This document shows positions 39,717 to 49,390 of a DNA stretch of 64,000 bases, one piece after another. Position numbers and translations under genes: made by a program. The notes beneath the pieces were generated by a model. The model made no database searches, had not been told where the DNA came from, and saw only the letters and a list, made by a program, of their open reading frames with translations. The stretch comes from Deltaproteobacteria bacterium. Lineage in GTDB: Bacteria; Desulfobacterota; Binatia; Binatales; Binataceae. Within the stretch, counting starts at the first letter, position 1. Each line of letters begins with the position of its first letter. The stretch spans positions 1,492 to 65,491 of the forward strand of contig PLDK01000003.1 of assembly GCA_003135135.1 (NCBI GenBank). Direction: 5' to 3'.

Positions 39717-40623
39717 CGCCCGTGCGCGAGGTCGCCAGCGGCGAGCGGGCCGGAAGGAAAGTCTTCAAGTATCGACGGTAGGCCTTCGGTGACGCGGGTT
39801 GATAGTGGATGACGCGGGCGAGACAACGGCGCGCATCCTTGGGGCGTCCCTCCTCCATCAGAGTGCGGGCCATATGTCTCATGACCTTCATTCGCATGCG
39901 CCGGAATTCCCGGATGAGACCGGTGGCCGAGGCGCCATAGCGCGCGCGGACCAGCCGAACGAACAGTTCGCACACTTGCTCGCGTTCCAGCGCCTTGGGA
40001 TAGAGCGGGCGCGTGGTCTTGCGCACCAGCAATTCGGGGACGGATCGGAAATGCCCGTATTCGCGGGCATTGAGCAGGAAATAGAGATCCTCGCATGACG
40101 TTACGCAGCGCTCGTCAAATCCATCGCATCGGTCGAAGACCTCGCGGCGCACCATGAACTGACTCGGCACGACATTCCACGGGCGCTCGAGCATCTGCGC
40201 GAGCGTCGGAGAATCGACGCCTTGGGTCTGGCTGTCCTGGTTGGGCATCGGCCGGCCGGCCAGATCCACCTTGAGCGCTCCCGTGTACACCAGCACGCAA
40301 TTCGGATCTTGATCAAGGACGGCTGCGGATCGCGCGAGGTTTTGGGGCATCCATTCGTCGTCATCGTCGAGGAACGCGACATACTCGCCGCCCGATGCGC
40401 GTACGCCTGCGTTGCGCGCCCCGGAAAGACCGCGATTGGGCTGGCTGACAACGCGAATTCGATCGCCGTAACCGGCCAGCACCGACGCGGTATCGTCGGT
40501 CGAGCCATCGTCGAGGACCACGACTTCATAGTCGGAGTACGACTGCGCGAACACGCTCGCGAGCGCGCGGCTGATCGTGGCTGCGCCGTTATATACCGGA
40601 ATTACTACCGACACCTTTGCCAT
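39703..40623 (-). CDS. family 2 glycosyltransferase
   Basis: VSVVIPVYN, LDDGSTD and FLDDDD motifs. Confidence 0.9.
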   Translation of the reverse strand: MAKVSVVIPVYNGAATISRALASVFAQSYSDYEVVVLDDGSTDDTASVLAGYGDRIRVVSQPNRGLSGARNAGVRASGGEYVAFLDDDDEWMPQNLARSAAVLDQDPNCVLVYTGALKVDLAGRPMPNQDSQTQGVDSPTLAQMLERPWNVVPSQFMVRREVFDRCDGFDERCVTSCEDLYFLLNAREYGHFRSVPELLVRKTTRPLYPKALEREQVCELFVRLVRARYGASATGLIREFRRMRMKVMRHMARTLMEEGRPKDARRCLARVIHYQPASPKAYRRYLKTFLPARSPLATSRTGDGEA

Positions 40624-40632
40624 TGCGGGTCG

Positions 40633-41571
40633 CTATTTCCCTTGAATGGCGTCAGCGCGAGGAGCTGCGGGACTGCAATCAGCCTGAGGTCTCTTCCACA
40701 TGGAAAGGTCTCGCCCGATCATCGGCTCCAGCGCATCGAATTCCGGCCGCATTAAATCGTGAAGGCGCGCTTCAGTCTCCTGATCAAGAGATGAGAACTT
40801 CGGCCCGCCGCCGAATGAGAATTTCCAAAGTCCCACTCGTTCAAGGAAATTGAGCATGCCGTAAAGTTGTTTCTCTTCGAGCCAGTACATGAAATGGCGC
40901 GCCTTGCGGGCGACGTGCGGAAACCTTGGCAGATCGGTAATTGAATTGATCAACTGGCCCTGGGCTGCCAATGCCGGCACGGGGTACCGCGCGATACCGA
41001 TAAAATCGCAAACCCGGTCGAGGTAGGCCTGCGGATCGGCGCGCAGGTCGTCGTTGAGCAGGACCAGCACCCGGTCCTGGCCAAACCGCGCGCGCCAATC
41101 GGGCAGATGCCTGGCATAGCGGGTCACTTCGATCACCTGCGGAACTTTTATGAGGAACTCATCGAGCGGAAAATTCGTAAGCGTGTAGTGACGCCAGAGT
41201 TTATAAGCCGAGTAGATTCGCTCGACCGGATTGCGAAACGTGCAGATGATTTTGCATCGCGGGATATGCAGCGCGATGCGCTCGGCGGCCTCAGGGAATC
41301 CGAAGTATGGATTGACCTCGCCAATCGGGCGGCTGCCGTCGGCATCGCGAAAGTGATGCGCGTACCACTGGATTCCCTTGTGGTAGTTGGTGGTGAAGAA
41401 ATCGGTCTCCTTGATTCCAGCCGGCAGATCGACACCGCCCTTGAGGACTTCATGAAGCCACGTTGTGCCGGTCCGGCCCGGTCCGACCGCAACGAAATCG
41501 GGCAGTCTCAGTTGACGTCCGCTATTTAACGATTGAGTCACGAAGATCGTCACGGCTGATCGCGCGCGCAC
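40633..41571 (-). CDS. sulfotransferase family protein
   Basis: 5'-PSB PDFVAVGPGRTGTTWL, KETDFF and 3'-PB RNPVERIYS motifs. Confidence 0.87.
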   Translation of the reverse strand: MRARSAVTIFVTQSLNSGRQLRLPDFVAVGPGRTGTTWLHEVLKGGVDLPAGIKETDFFTTNYHKGIQWYAHHFRDADGSRPIGEVNPYFGFPEAAERIALHIPRCKIICTFRNPVERIYSAYKLWRHYTLTNFPLDEFLIKVPQVIEVTRYARHLPDWRARFGQDRVLVLLNDDLRADPQAYLDRVCDFIGIARYPVPALAAQGQLINSITDLPRFPHVARKARHFMYWLEEKQLYGMLNFLERVGLWKFSFGGGPKFSSLDQETEARLHDLMRPEFDALEPMIGRDLSMWKRPQADCSPAAPRADAIQGK

Positions 41572-42460
41572 CAGATATAGCTGCCTTTCGCTTATCGTGG
41601 CCAGCTTGTGGTGCGCGCGGTTTCTTCCACGCAGAGAGATCGATCGTAAGCAATTCCTCGAGCTCCTCGACTTCGGGGAGGTAGCGCTGACGCAGGCGCT
41701 CCTCCTGCTCGGGCGTCAGCCAGCCGAACGGCTCGCCGCGGCCGTGGCAGAAATCCCATACGCCCCAGCGGTCCAGAAGATTTATCGCGCCGTATGCCTG
41801 GCGGACCTTGAACCAGTACATCAAGCGCGTCGCGCTGCGTGCGAGCCTGCGATTTTTTGGCGCGCGATCGAACGAGTGCACATCGTCACGGATTTCGGGC
41901 CGCGCGGAAAGTGCAATCCGCTCGATGCCCATGAAATCGGTCACCCGATCCAGATACGACTGCGGCTGCGTGCGCAATTCATCATACATCGTGATGAGCA
42001 CGTTCTGGCGGCCGAAGTTTTCGAACCATTTGCGCAGATGGAATGCGTAGCGGTTGCCGCCGCCTAAACTGGGCCGGGATTTCAGGACCTCGTCGAACGA
42101 CCCGCGTGCCCAGGCGTAGTGCGCAACCAGTTTATAGACCGAAAACGAATGCTCGACGGGATCGCGCAGCGTGATGATTACCCGGCAGTTCGGAATGTAC
42201 GTCTTGATACGGTCGGGGGCGCGTGGTTCGAACAGGTATGGACAGATCTCGACGATCGGCCGCTGGCCGGTTGCGTAGCGAAAATGGCGCGCGTACCAGT
42301 CGATGCCCTTGTCGTAGTACGTGCTGAAAAACTGGGTCTCCTTGACGCCGTAAGGCAGATCGACGTGGCCTTCGAGCACGCGATGCAACCAGGTAGTGCC
42401 GGTGCGACCGGGACCGGCGCCGATGATCTCAGGGAGCCGATGTTTGATGGTTGCGCTCAT
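41522..42460 (-). CDS. sulfotransferase family protein
   Basis: GPGRTGTTWL, KETQFF and RDPVEHSFS motifs. Confidence 0.87.
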   Translation of the reverse strand: MSATIKHRLPEIIGAGPGRTGTTWLHRVLEGHVDLPYGVKETQFFSTYYDKGIDWYARHFRYATGQRPIVEICPYLFEPRAPDRIKTYIPNCRVIITLRDPVEHSFSVYKLVAHYAWARGSFDEVLKSRPSLGGGNRYAFHLRKWFENFGRQNVLITMYDELRTQPQSYLDRVTDFMGIERIALSARPEIRDDVHSFDRAPKNRRLARSATRLMYWFKVRQAYGAINLLDRWGVWDFCHGRGEPFGWLTPEQEERLRQRYLPEVEELEELLTIDLSAWKKPRAPQAGHDKRKAAISGARAISRDDLRDSIVK

Positions 42461-43410
42461 CCGTTGGCTAGTCGCTGCAGCCGGGGCGCCGGGGAAGTAT
42501 CGATAGTGCGCGGCGAGCGCGATTTCTTCCACGCGGAGAGATCGATCATCAGCAATTCCTCGAGCGCTTCGACCTCGGGCAGAAAGCGCGCGCGCAAGCG
42601 CTCATCCTGCTCGGGAGTAAGGCCCGGAAATAGCTCGCCGCGCCCGTGGCAGAACTCCCACACGCCCGCGCGCTCGAGCAGGTTGATAAGGCGATATGCC
42701 TGATGGCCCCTGAGCCAGTACATGAACCTGGTCGCTTTGCGCGCGAGTTTGCGGTTCTTGGGCGCACGAGCAAAAGCATTCACATCGCCACTGAGATCGG
42801 GGCGCGGCGAGAGCACGACTCGCTCGGCGCTCATAAAGTCGCAAACCCGATTCACATAGCTCTGCGGATCCGCGCGCAATTCATCATATATCGTGACCAG
42901 GACGTTCTCGCGGCCGAAGTTCTCGAACCATGTCTCGAGACGCGCCGCGTAGCGGTTGGCGCCACCCAGATGCGGCAACGCTTTGAGGGCCTCGTCGAAG
43001 GTTCCGCGACGCACCCATCCGTAATGACGCTGAAGCTTGTACGCAGAATAGATTCGATCGACCGGATCGCGCATCGTCGCGACGATCCTGCAGTTCGGGA
43101 TGTGGGTCTTGATGCGTTCGGGCGCCAGCGGATGGAAAAAATACGGGCAGATTTCGGCGATCGTGCGATCGCCGGTCGCGTAGCGAAAATGGCGCGCGTA
43201 CCAGTCGATACCCTTGTCGTAAAACGTGTTGAAGAACTGGGTTTCCTTGACGCCGCAGGGCATGTCGACCGCATCGCGCAGCGCGTTGTAAAGCCAGGTC
43301 GAACCGGTGCGCGGCGGCCCGATTACGATAACGTCGGGGAGCCTCGAGGGGCGCGCTCTTCGCATTGCGGGCGATACAGAGTTCAAAGATTGTGGCTTAG
43401 CGATGATCAT
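42457..43410 (-). CDS. sulfotransferase family protein
   Basis: GPPRTGSTWL, KETQFF and RDPVDRIYS motifs. Confidence 0.87.
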   Translation of the reverse strand: MIIAKPQSLNSVSPAMRRARPSRLPDVIVIGPPRTGSTWLYNALRDAVDMPCGVKETQFFNTFYDKGIDWYARHFRYATGDRTIAEICPYFFHPLAPERIKTHIPNCRIVATMRDPVDRIYSAYKLQRHYGWVRRGTFDEALKALPHLGGANRYAARLETWFENFGRENVLVTIYDELRADPQSYVNRVCDFMSAERVVLSPRPDLSGDVNAFARAPKNRKLARKATRFMYWLRGHQAYRLINLLERAGVWEFCHGRGELFPGLTPEQDERLRARFLPEVEALEELLMIDLSAWKKSRSPRTIDTSPAPRLQRLANG

Positions 43411-43738
43411 TCCGGACGTGCCCCCAGCACCGGCATCGCGACGATGACGGTCAACGATAACATCACCAATATTTCATATCAATGAGGCTGCAGCCGCCAG
43501 CGCAGGTCGGCGCGTGGGGATCGCCGCGCAGGATGCGCTCGGACAGCGGTGTTGCGATGCTGACAGGTGGCTGAGCGACAGTTTCGACCCGCCCTCAAAT
43601 CGGTAATAATTGACCTCCACGAACCAGACTGATACTTCGAATGGATCTGGAAAATGCGAGGAGATGCGCCGGCGGCGGCCCTGATGCGGGCCCGCGGAAC
43701 TCCCGGCGCGACGGTTTCAAACGGATGAAGAAATATAG

Positions 43739-44623
43739 ATGAGTACGCAGGCCGAAAGTTCAAAGTTTTACGAACCGATCGTACCGTCGGACCAGATTCA
43801 GTATCGCGAATACAAGCTGCTGCTGAAGCCGGAGCGGTTTCCCGACGAGAAAGCGTTTCACAAGTTCTGGAAGTTAGCGCATCACGCAGCCAAATCACTC
43901 GGTATCAAGCTGGGCAAGATCGACCAATCGGTCAAGCCGCATCAGCGCGAAGTGGTGTTCTACGACACGCCGCACTTCAAGCTCTACAATCACGGCTTCA
44001 TCCTGAGAAAACGCACCTTCTTTCATCATGGAGTGCCCGACGCGAAGCACGAGCTGGTGATCAAATTTAGGCATCCGGAAAAGAAGACGGCGCTGGCGGT
44101 AGATCCGCGTCCACTGCTGCCGTGCGAGTACACGCTGAAGTTCAAGGAGGAAATCCTCCTGCCGAAAGATGGCGCGCTGGGGATGCGGCTGGTGTATTCG
44201 CACAACTGCGAGCTCGACACACCCAACATCATATTGACGCAGCGATTCGAAACGACCGCGGAAGCATTTCCGGCGCTCAAGAAAATCGACGCGAACCCGA
44301 AGGCGGCGCTGAGCGTAGTCAACGGCGTATCGATCCAGGAATACCAGGTAGATCTCGGGATGCTGGACTTCGGGCACAAGCTCGAGGCGAAGGCGACGCT
44401 GGCGGTATGGCGGGTGCGCACGACCAATACGCCAATCGTGGCGGAGTTCGGCTACCAATTGAACTTCGATAGTCCCGAAGCGGTGCGGCGCAAGCAGCGC
44501 GAGCTTTCGGAATTCTTCTACACGGCCCTGCAGTCGCGGGCCTCAGACTGGGTGCAGCGTGGAACAACCAAAACCGCCCTCATCTACGGATACGGAAACA
44601 CCAGTCTCAAGCACCAGGAATGA
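43739..44623 (+). CDS. CYTH-like (triphosphate tunnel) protein
   Basis: REYKL and FYDT..FKLY..GFILRKR resemble CYTH motifs. Confidence 0.55.
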   Translation: MSTQAESSKFYEPIVPSDQIQYREYKLLLKPERFPDEKAFHKFWKLAHHAAKSLGIKLGKIDQSVKPHQREVVFYDTPHFKLYNHGFILRKRTFFHHGVPDAKHELVIKFRHPEKKTALAVDPRPLLPCEYTLKFKEEILLPKDGALGMRLVYSHNCELDTPNIILTQRFETTAEAFPALKKIDANPKAALSVVNGVSIQEYQVDLGMLDFGHKLEAKATLAVWRVRTTNTPIVAEFGYQLNFDSPEAVRRKQRELSEFFYTALQSRASDWVQRGTTKTALIYGYGNTSLKHQE

Positions 44624-45230
44624 ACCCGATCTTCATCCGAGCCTGCTGACGCTGTTCCGAATCTTCCTGCTCGCAGGCGGGCTCAGCTTCGGCGGCGGCG
44701 CGGTTGCCTATCTGCGCGAATACCTGGTGCGGCAAGAAGGATGGCTCGACGACGAGGGATTTCTCGGCGCGATGGAGATCAGCGAGACGCTGCCGGGGCT
44801 CAACGCCGTCAACATGGCGATCATCATGGGCGACAATCTGCGCGGGTTGGCCGGCGCGGCGGTGTCGGTCATCGGGATGCTGCTGCCGGGGGGAATCGTC
44901 GTGATGGTGCTGGGGATACTGTATCAATCGAATCACAGTAATCCCGACGTCAAGCGTTTCCTGCTCGGGATCGCTGCCGCAGCGGTTGGCTTGCTGTCGG
45001 CGGTGACGTTGCAGATCGGGCGGCGCCAATTCCGCCAGCTTCCGGATATCGCGATCATCATCCTGACGTTTCTGGCGGTCAGCTTCGTTAAATTGCCGCT
45101 GTTCGTGGTGCTGCTGGGTCTCGGGCCGATATCGGTCTGGCTCTACCGGCCCAAGGTCTCAAAACCGCGCGCGCAGGATGAGCATTTGCCATTTCATCGC
45201 GGCCCGCGCCATCACCTGTTTCGTCATTAA
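44559..45230 (+). CDS. chromate transporter, short-chain (ChrA family) half 1
   Basis: LSFGGG, SETLPG and LLPG motifs; the start is uncertain. Confidence 0.82.
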   Translation: MEQPKPPSSTDTETPVSSTRNEPDLHPSLLTLFRIFLLAGGLSFGGGAVAYLREYLVRQEGWLDDEGFLGAMEISETLPGLNAVNMAIIMGDNLRGLAGAAVSVIGMLLPGGIVVMVLGILYQSNHSNPDVKRFLLGIAAAAVGLLSAVTLQIGRRQFRQLPDIAIIILTFLAVSFVKLPLFVVLLGLGPISVWLYRPKVSKPRAQDEHLPFHRGPRHHLFRH

Positions 45231-45250
45231 CTATTGAGATCGAACCCCGC

Positions 45251-45769
45251 ATGACGCGATTGATACATCTGTTCCTGGTTTTCGCGCTGCTGTCGGTGTT
45301 GGCGGTCGGCGGCGGCACGGCGGTCCTGCCCGAGATGCAGCACATGACGGTGCATACGTTTCACTGGCTGACCGACGCGCAGTTCCGCAACATCTACAGC
45401 CTCGGCCAGGTTGCGCCGGGACCAAACATGTTGATGGTGCTGGTGATTGGCTATCAGCTGGCGGGATGGGCCGGGATGGTGGTGGTGGGAATCGGATTTT
45501 TCCTGCCCGACTGCGTGATTACATTGTTCGTCAATCGATGGTGGGTGCATCTGGGCGGGTGGCCGTGGCGTACGTCGATTCAGCGCGGGCTGGCGCCGGT
45601 CGCAATCGGCCTGATGACGTCGGGGACGTTTGCGATTGCGAGGCTTTCGATCGTGAACGTGCCGACGCTGGCGATCGCAATTGCGGTGTTCGGGATTTTG
45701 CTGTGGCGCCACGTCAATCCGGGCATACTGGTGCTGGTGGGAGGCGCGGTTTACATGTTGTTGAGATAG
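45251..45769 (+). CDS. chromate transporter, short-chain (ChrA family) half 2
   Basis: AVGGG, GQVAPGPN and GLAPVAIGL motifs. Confidence 0.85.
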   Translation: MTRLIHLFLVFALLSVLAVGGGTAVLPEMQHMTVHTFHWLTDAQFRNIYSLGQVAPGPNMLMVLVIGYQLAGWAGMVVVGIGFFLPDCVITLFVNRWWVHLGGWPWRTSIQRGLAPVAIGLMTSGTFAIARLSIVNVPTLAIAIAVFGILLWRHVNPGILVLVGGAVYMLLR

Positions 45770-45799
45770 GCCGCGGGAATCGACGTCCGCGCGTGAGAG

Positions 45800-45839
45800 A
45801 AAAGAAAACGCCGGCAGGAGTGGATGCTCCTGCCGGCGT
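45800..45839 (-). terminator. rho-independent terminator (second copy at 47448-47487)
   Basis: ACGCCGGCAGGAG-loop-CTCCTGCCGGCGT stem followed by TTTCTTTT on the minus strand. Confidence 0.75.
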
Positions 45840-45882
45840 CGTACGATCAGAATCGTAAGGCGATTGGCCTCGCGGCCGCTTG

Positions 45883-47196
45883 CTACATGTGTCCGGTTTC
45901 GGCCATCTTCACCATCCCCTCGGTGCTGAAGAACGCTCGATCCACCGCACCCATGTTGATGTACCAGCATTCACGCTCGGGCGTCTCGATGCCGGGCAGG
46001 TAGCACATCGATGCCTGGCCGCTTTGCACATCGGTGGAGCAGGATCCGACGACGAATTCGCGCTTGAAGGGATAGATGGCGACTTTCGCGTCGGGCACCG
46101 GACGATCGCGATACGCGAGCCAGAAGATGTTGTTGCGGAACAGCGCGCCGTGACGATCGTAGGTATCGATGTACGGCTCGAACCACATTTCGGAATCCAT
46201 GTAGATGACGGTCTTGGAATCGAGCGCCGAAGCGTTGTTAACGCCGCGCCGGGGCTCGGCAGTCACGATGTACATGTGGCGCATCTGCCAACGCTCGGGG
46301 CACGCGCTGCCGCCGCCGTCGGTGGCGCATCGGATTTCCGGTGAATGCTCGGCGTCAACCGTCGCGAGCATCTCCTTCTCGCCAATGAACTTATAGTCAT
46401 ACTCTTCGGTCTTGGGATTGAAACCCGAATAGTGATCGGGGCTGAAGGTCTGCGCGTCGGTCGCGGTCGAATTCATCGCCTCGTTCAGACGGCGCAGCCG
46501 CCGCGTGCCGGGCTCCCAAGCCCAGGTGTCGTCGCCATGAGTCGGACTGCCGTACCGATAACGCAGCAGACTGCTGCCACGCTGGTTCTGGGGCGCCAGT
46601 TCGGGACCGAGCAGGAACAACCACAGGCGGTTGGTAGTCTTGAAGTCGGGATCGACGGGAATCGGCTCGACCTCGGTTCGGCCGACGAGGTCATAACCGG
46701 CGTAGTGCCCCTCCTGCAGGTATTCGACTGGAAAGTAGGGCTTCTTGTAGCCGGTGTAGACCGTCTCGCAATCGAAATATCGCAGATCGTAGTCGTCAGT
46801 GCTGATCGGACGCCACAAGGCGTTCCAGACGACCTTGCTCGCGACGTAGGGATCGTTGGCGTCGATGAGCGGGAACGGCTGGCCAGCGACATAGCCGATG
46901 ACGCTGCGATGATCCTTCGAGAGTTGTACCTGCGACGAATATTTCTCGGTCGCGTCCTTGTACGGAGGCGGCCAATCGATGCGCGCGGTGGGGACTATCT
47001 TCATCGTCATCCCGCGCTGCACCTTGTAAAATACGCCCGGCGAAACAAGATCCTTCACCTGCGACGCGTTGTCCGGAGTGATGAAGTCGCCCGGCTTGAC
47101 GCCTGCCTCCCCTGGCAAGCTCAAGACCACGAGGGCCAACAATCCAAGGCCCCCGGCGACGACTATTCTGCGAAACCTCGCTATCCCCAATTGCAT
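45883..47196 (-). CDS. DUF1329-family exported protein, copy 1
   Basis: Signal peptide; GQPFP.ID.NDP, DTWAWEPGTRRLRR and YDR.G.LF motifs; GGAGG RBS before MQLGI. Confidence 0.75.
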   Translation of the reverse strand: MQLGIARFRRIVVAGGLGLLALVVLSLPGEAGVKPGDFITPDNASQVKDLVSPGVFYKVQRGMTMKIVPTARIDWPPPYKDATEKYSSQVQLSKDHRSVIGYVAGQPFPLIDANDPYVASKVVWNALWRPISTDDYDLRYFDCETVYTGYKKPYFPVEYLQEGHYAGYDLVGRTEVEPIPVDPDFKTTNRLWLFLLGPELAPQNQRGSSLLRYRYGSPTHGDDTWAWEPGTRRLRRLNEAMNSTATDAQTFSPDHYSGFNPKTEEYDYKFIGEKEMLATVDAEHSPEIRCATDGGGSACPERWQMRHMYIVTAEPRRGVNNASALDSKTVIYMDSEMWFEPYIDTYDRHGALFRNNIFWLAYRDRPVPDAKVAIYPFKREFVVGSCSTDVQSGQASMCYLPGIETPERECWYINMGAVDRAFFSTEGMVKMAETGHM

Positions 47197-47273
47197 TCGA
47201 ACCTCCGTAAAAGCCTTAAGCTGTTTCCCCTGGTTGGAAAAAATACCCGCAAGCACGAGTTTTTCACGAACCT

Positions 47274-47302
47274 GTATTAGAATGGAAGCACGCCGATGTC
47301 AA
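47274..47302 (-). promoter_or_regulatory. sigma70-type promoter TTGACA-N17-TAATAC
   Basis: The same boxes and spacing are kept in copy 2 (48925-48953, TTGACA-N17-TAATAG) although the spacer has diverged. Confidence 0.55.
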
Positions 47303-47530
47303 TCTTTCTATTGCGTATCGAATAAAATTTACCTGTTGCGTTCCGAGAGGCACGGTTTGACGCGAGGCGAAATCGCCTATTTGCCGGCAATCCACTCGAC
47401 AGTTTAGATGAAGATTGGCTGCGGGAATCGACGTCCGCGCGTGAGTGAAAAGAAAACGCCGGCAGGAGTGGATGCTCCTGCCGGCGTCGTACGATCAGAA
47501 TCGTAAGGCGATTCGCCTCGCGGCCGCTTG

Positions 47531-48844
47531 CTACAAGTGTCCGGTTTCGGCCATCTTCACCATCGCCTCGGTGGTGAAGAACGCTCGATCCACCGCACCC
47601 ATGTTGATGTACCAGCATTCACGCTCGGGCGTCTCGATGCCGGGCAAATAGCACATCGTTGCCTGGCTGCTCTGCACATCGGTGGAGCAGGCGCCGACGA
47701 CGAATTCTCGCTTGAAAGGATAGATAGCGATTTTCGCATCGGGCACTGGACGATCGCGATACGCGAGCCAGAAGACGTTGTTGCGGAACAGCTGGCCACG
47801 ACGATCGTAGGTATCGATGTACGGCTCGAACCACATTTCTGAATCCATGTAGATGACCGTCTTGGAATCGATCGCCTCGGCATTGTTAACGCTGCGCCGC
47901 GGCTCGGCGCTCACGATGTACATGTGGCGCATCTGCCAACGCTCGGGGCATGCGCTGCCGCCGCCGTCGGTGGCGCAGCGGACTTCCGGCGAATGCTCGG
48001 CGTCAACCGAGCCAAGCATCTCCTTCTCGCCAATGAACTTATAGTCGTACTCTTCGGTCTTGGGATTGAAACCCGAATAGTGATCGGGGCTAAAGGTCTG
48101 CGTGCCGGTCGCGGTTGAATTCATCGCCTCGTTCAGACGGCGCAGGCGCCGCGTGCCGGGCTCCCAGGCCCAGGTGTCGTCGCCATGAGTCGGACTGCCG
48201 TACCGATAACGCAGCAGACTGGTGCCACGTTCATTCTGGGGCGCGAGTTCGGGACCGAGCAGGAACAACCACAGGCGGTTGGTAATCTTGAAGTCGGGAT
48301 CGACGGGCATTGGCTCGACCTCGGTTCGGCCGACGAGGTCATAACCGGCGTAGTGCCCCGTCTGATAGTACCAGAGTGCAAAGAAGGGCTTGTTGATGCC
48401 GGTGTAAACCGTGTCGCAATCGAAATATCGCAGGTCGTAGTCATCGCTCTGAATCGGACGCCACAAGGCGTTCCAAACAACCTTGGTCGCGACGTAGGGA
48501 TCGTTGGCGTCGATCAGCGGGAACGGCTGGCCGGCGACATAGCCGATGAGGCTGCGATGATCCTTCGAGAGTTGTACCTGCGACGAATATTTTTCGGTCG
48601 CGTCCTTGTACGGAGGCGGCCAATCGATGCGCGAGGTGGGGACTATCTTCATCGTCATCCCACGCTGCACCTTGTAGAACACGCCCGGCGAAACAAGATC
48701 CTTCACCTGCGACGCGTTGTCCGGAGTGATGAAGTCGCCCGGCTTGACGCCTGCCTCCCCTGGCAAGCTCAAGGCCAAAAGGGCCAACAATCCAAGGCCG
48801 CCGGCGACGACTGTTCTGCGAAACCCCGCTATCCCCAATTGCAT
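47531..48844 (-). CDS. DUF1329-family exported protein, copy 2
   Basis: Close paralog of copy 1. Confidence 0.75.
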   Translation of the reverse strand: MQLGIAGFRRTVVAGGLGLLALLALSLPGEAGVKPGDFITPDNASQVKDLVSPGVFYKVQRGMTMKIVPTSRIDWPPPYKDATEKYSSQVQLSKDHRSLIGYVAGQPFPLIDANDPYVATKVVWNALWRPIQSDDYDLRYFDCDTVYTGINKPFFALWYYQTGHYAGYDLVGRTEVEPMPVDPDFKITNRLWLFLLGPELAPQNERGTSLLRYRYGSPTHGDDTWAWEPGTRRLRRLNEAMNSTATGTQTFSPDHYSGFNPKTEEYDYKFIGEKEMLGSVDAEHSPEVRCATDGGGSACPERWQMRHMYIVSAEPRRSVNNAEAIDSKTVIYMDSEMWFEPYIDTYDRRGQLFRNNVFWLAYRDRPVPDAKIAIYPFKREFVVGACSTDVQSSQATMCYLPGIETPERECWYINMGAVDRAFFTTEAMVKMAETGHL

Positions 48845-49151
48845 TCGAACCTCCGTAAAAACCTTGAGCCGTTTTTCCCCGTGGCTGGATAAACTAACTG
48901 CCCGCATAGAGTTTTCAGTAATCTCTATTAGAAAAAAAGACGCGGAATGTCAATCCGCCTAATTGCAAATCAAATGAAATTATCCTGTTGCGTTCCCAGA
49001 GGCACGATTTGACGCGAGGCGATATCGCCTATTTGCCGGCAATCCGCCACTCCGATACCGGGCTGCGGCGATAGATGCCCTTATCGCGCGTCAGCATCCC
49101 GTATCGGACCATCTCGCGGCGCAGCGTCGCGCAGTCGGAAAGGAAGAAAGA

Positions 49152-49229
49152 TGGTGTCCCCGACGGGATTTGAACCCGTGTTACCGACGTGAAAGGCCGG
49201 TGTCCTAGGCCGAGCTAGACGACGGGGAC
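49152..49229 (-). tRNA. tRNA-Glu(TTC)
   Basis: Reverse complement GTCCCCGTCGTCTAGCTCGGCCTAGGACACCGGCCTTTCACGTCGGTAACACGGGTTCAAATCCCGTCGGGGACACCA. Confidence 0.95.
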
Positions 49230-49390
49230 GTTAGGATCGAAGCCCGAAAATACGAACGCGCGCGATGCGCGCGCCTGACAGCCAAAAGTATCAGAGCCGC
49301 AAGAAGCGGAGCAAGTCATCGCGGCCAGCGGTCCAACGGCCGCAAGCGGTGGCGTTGTCTGGCGAATCGGCTACCGATAATTTCAACACG

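Larger units (their letters stand above)
45773..49045. repeat. tandem duplication of a unit of about 1.62 kb (45773-47393 / 47421-49045)
   Basis: Near-identical terminator region, CDS and upstream block in both copies, separated by a 27-bp unique spacer. Confidence 0.92.

Noticed and set aside
45773-49045. Diversity-generating retroelement TR/VR pair
   Set aside because: No reverse transcriptase is in the window, both copies are full genes, and the differences are not confined to adenines.
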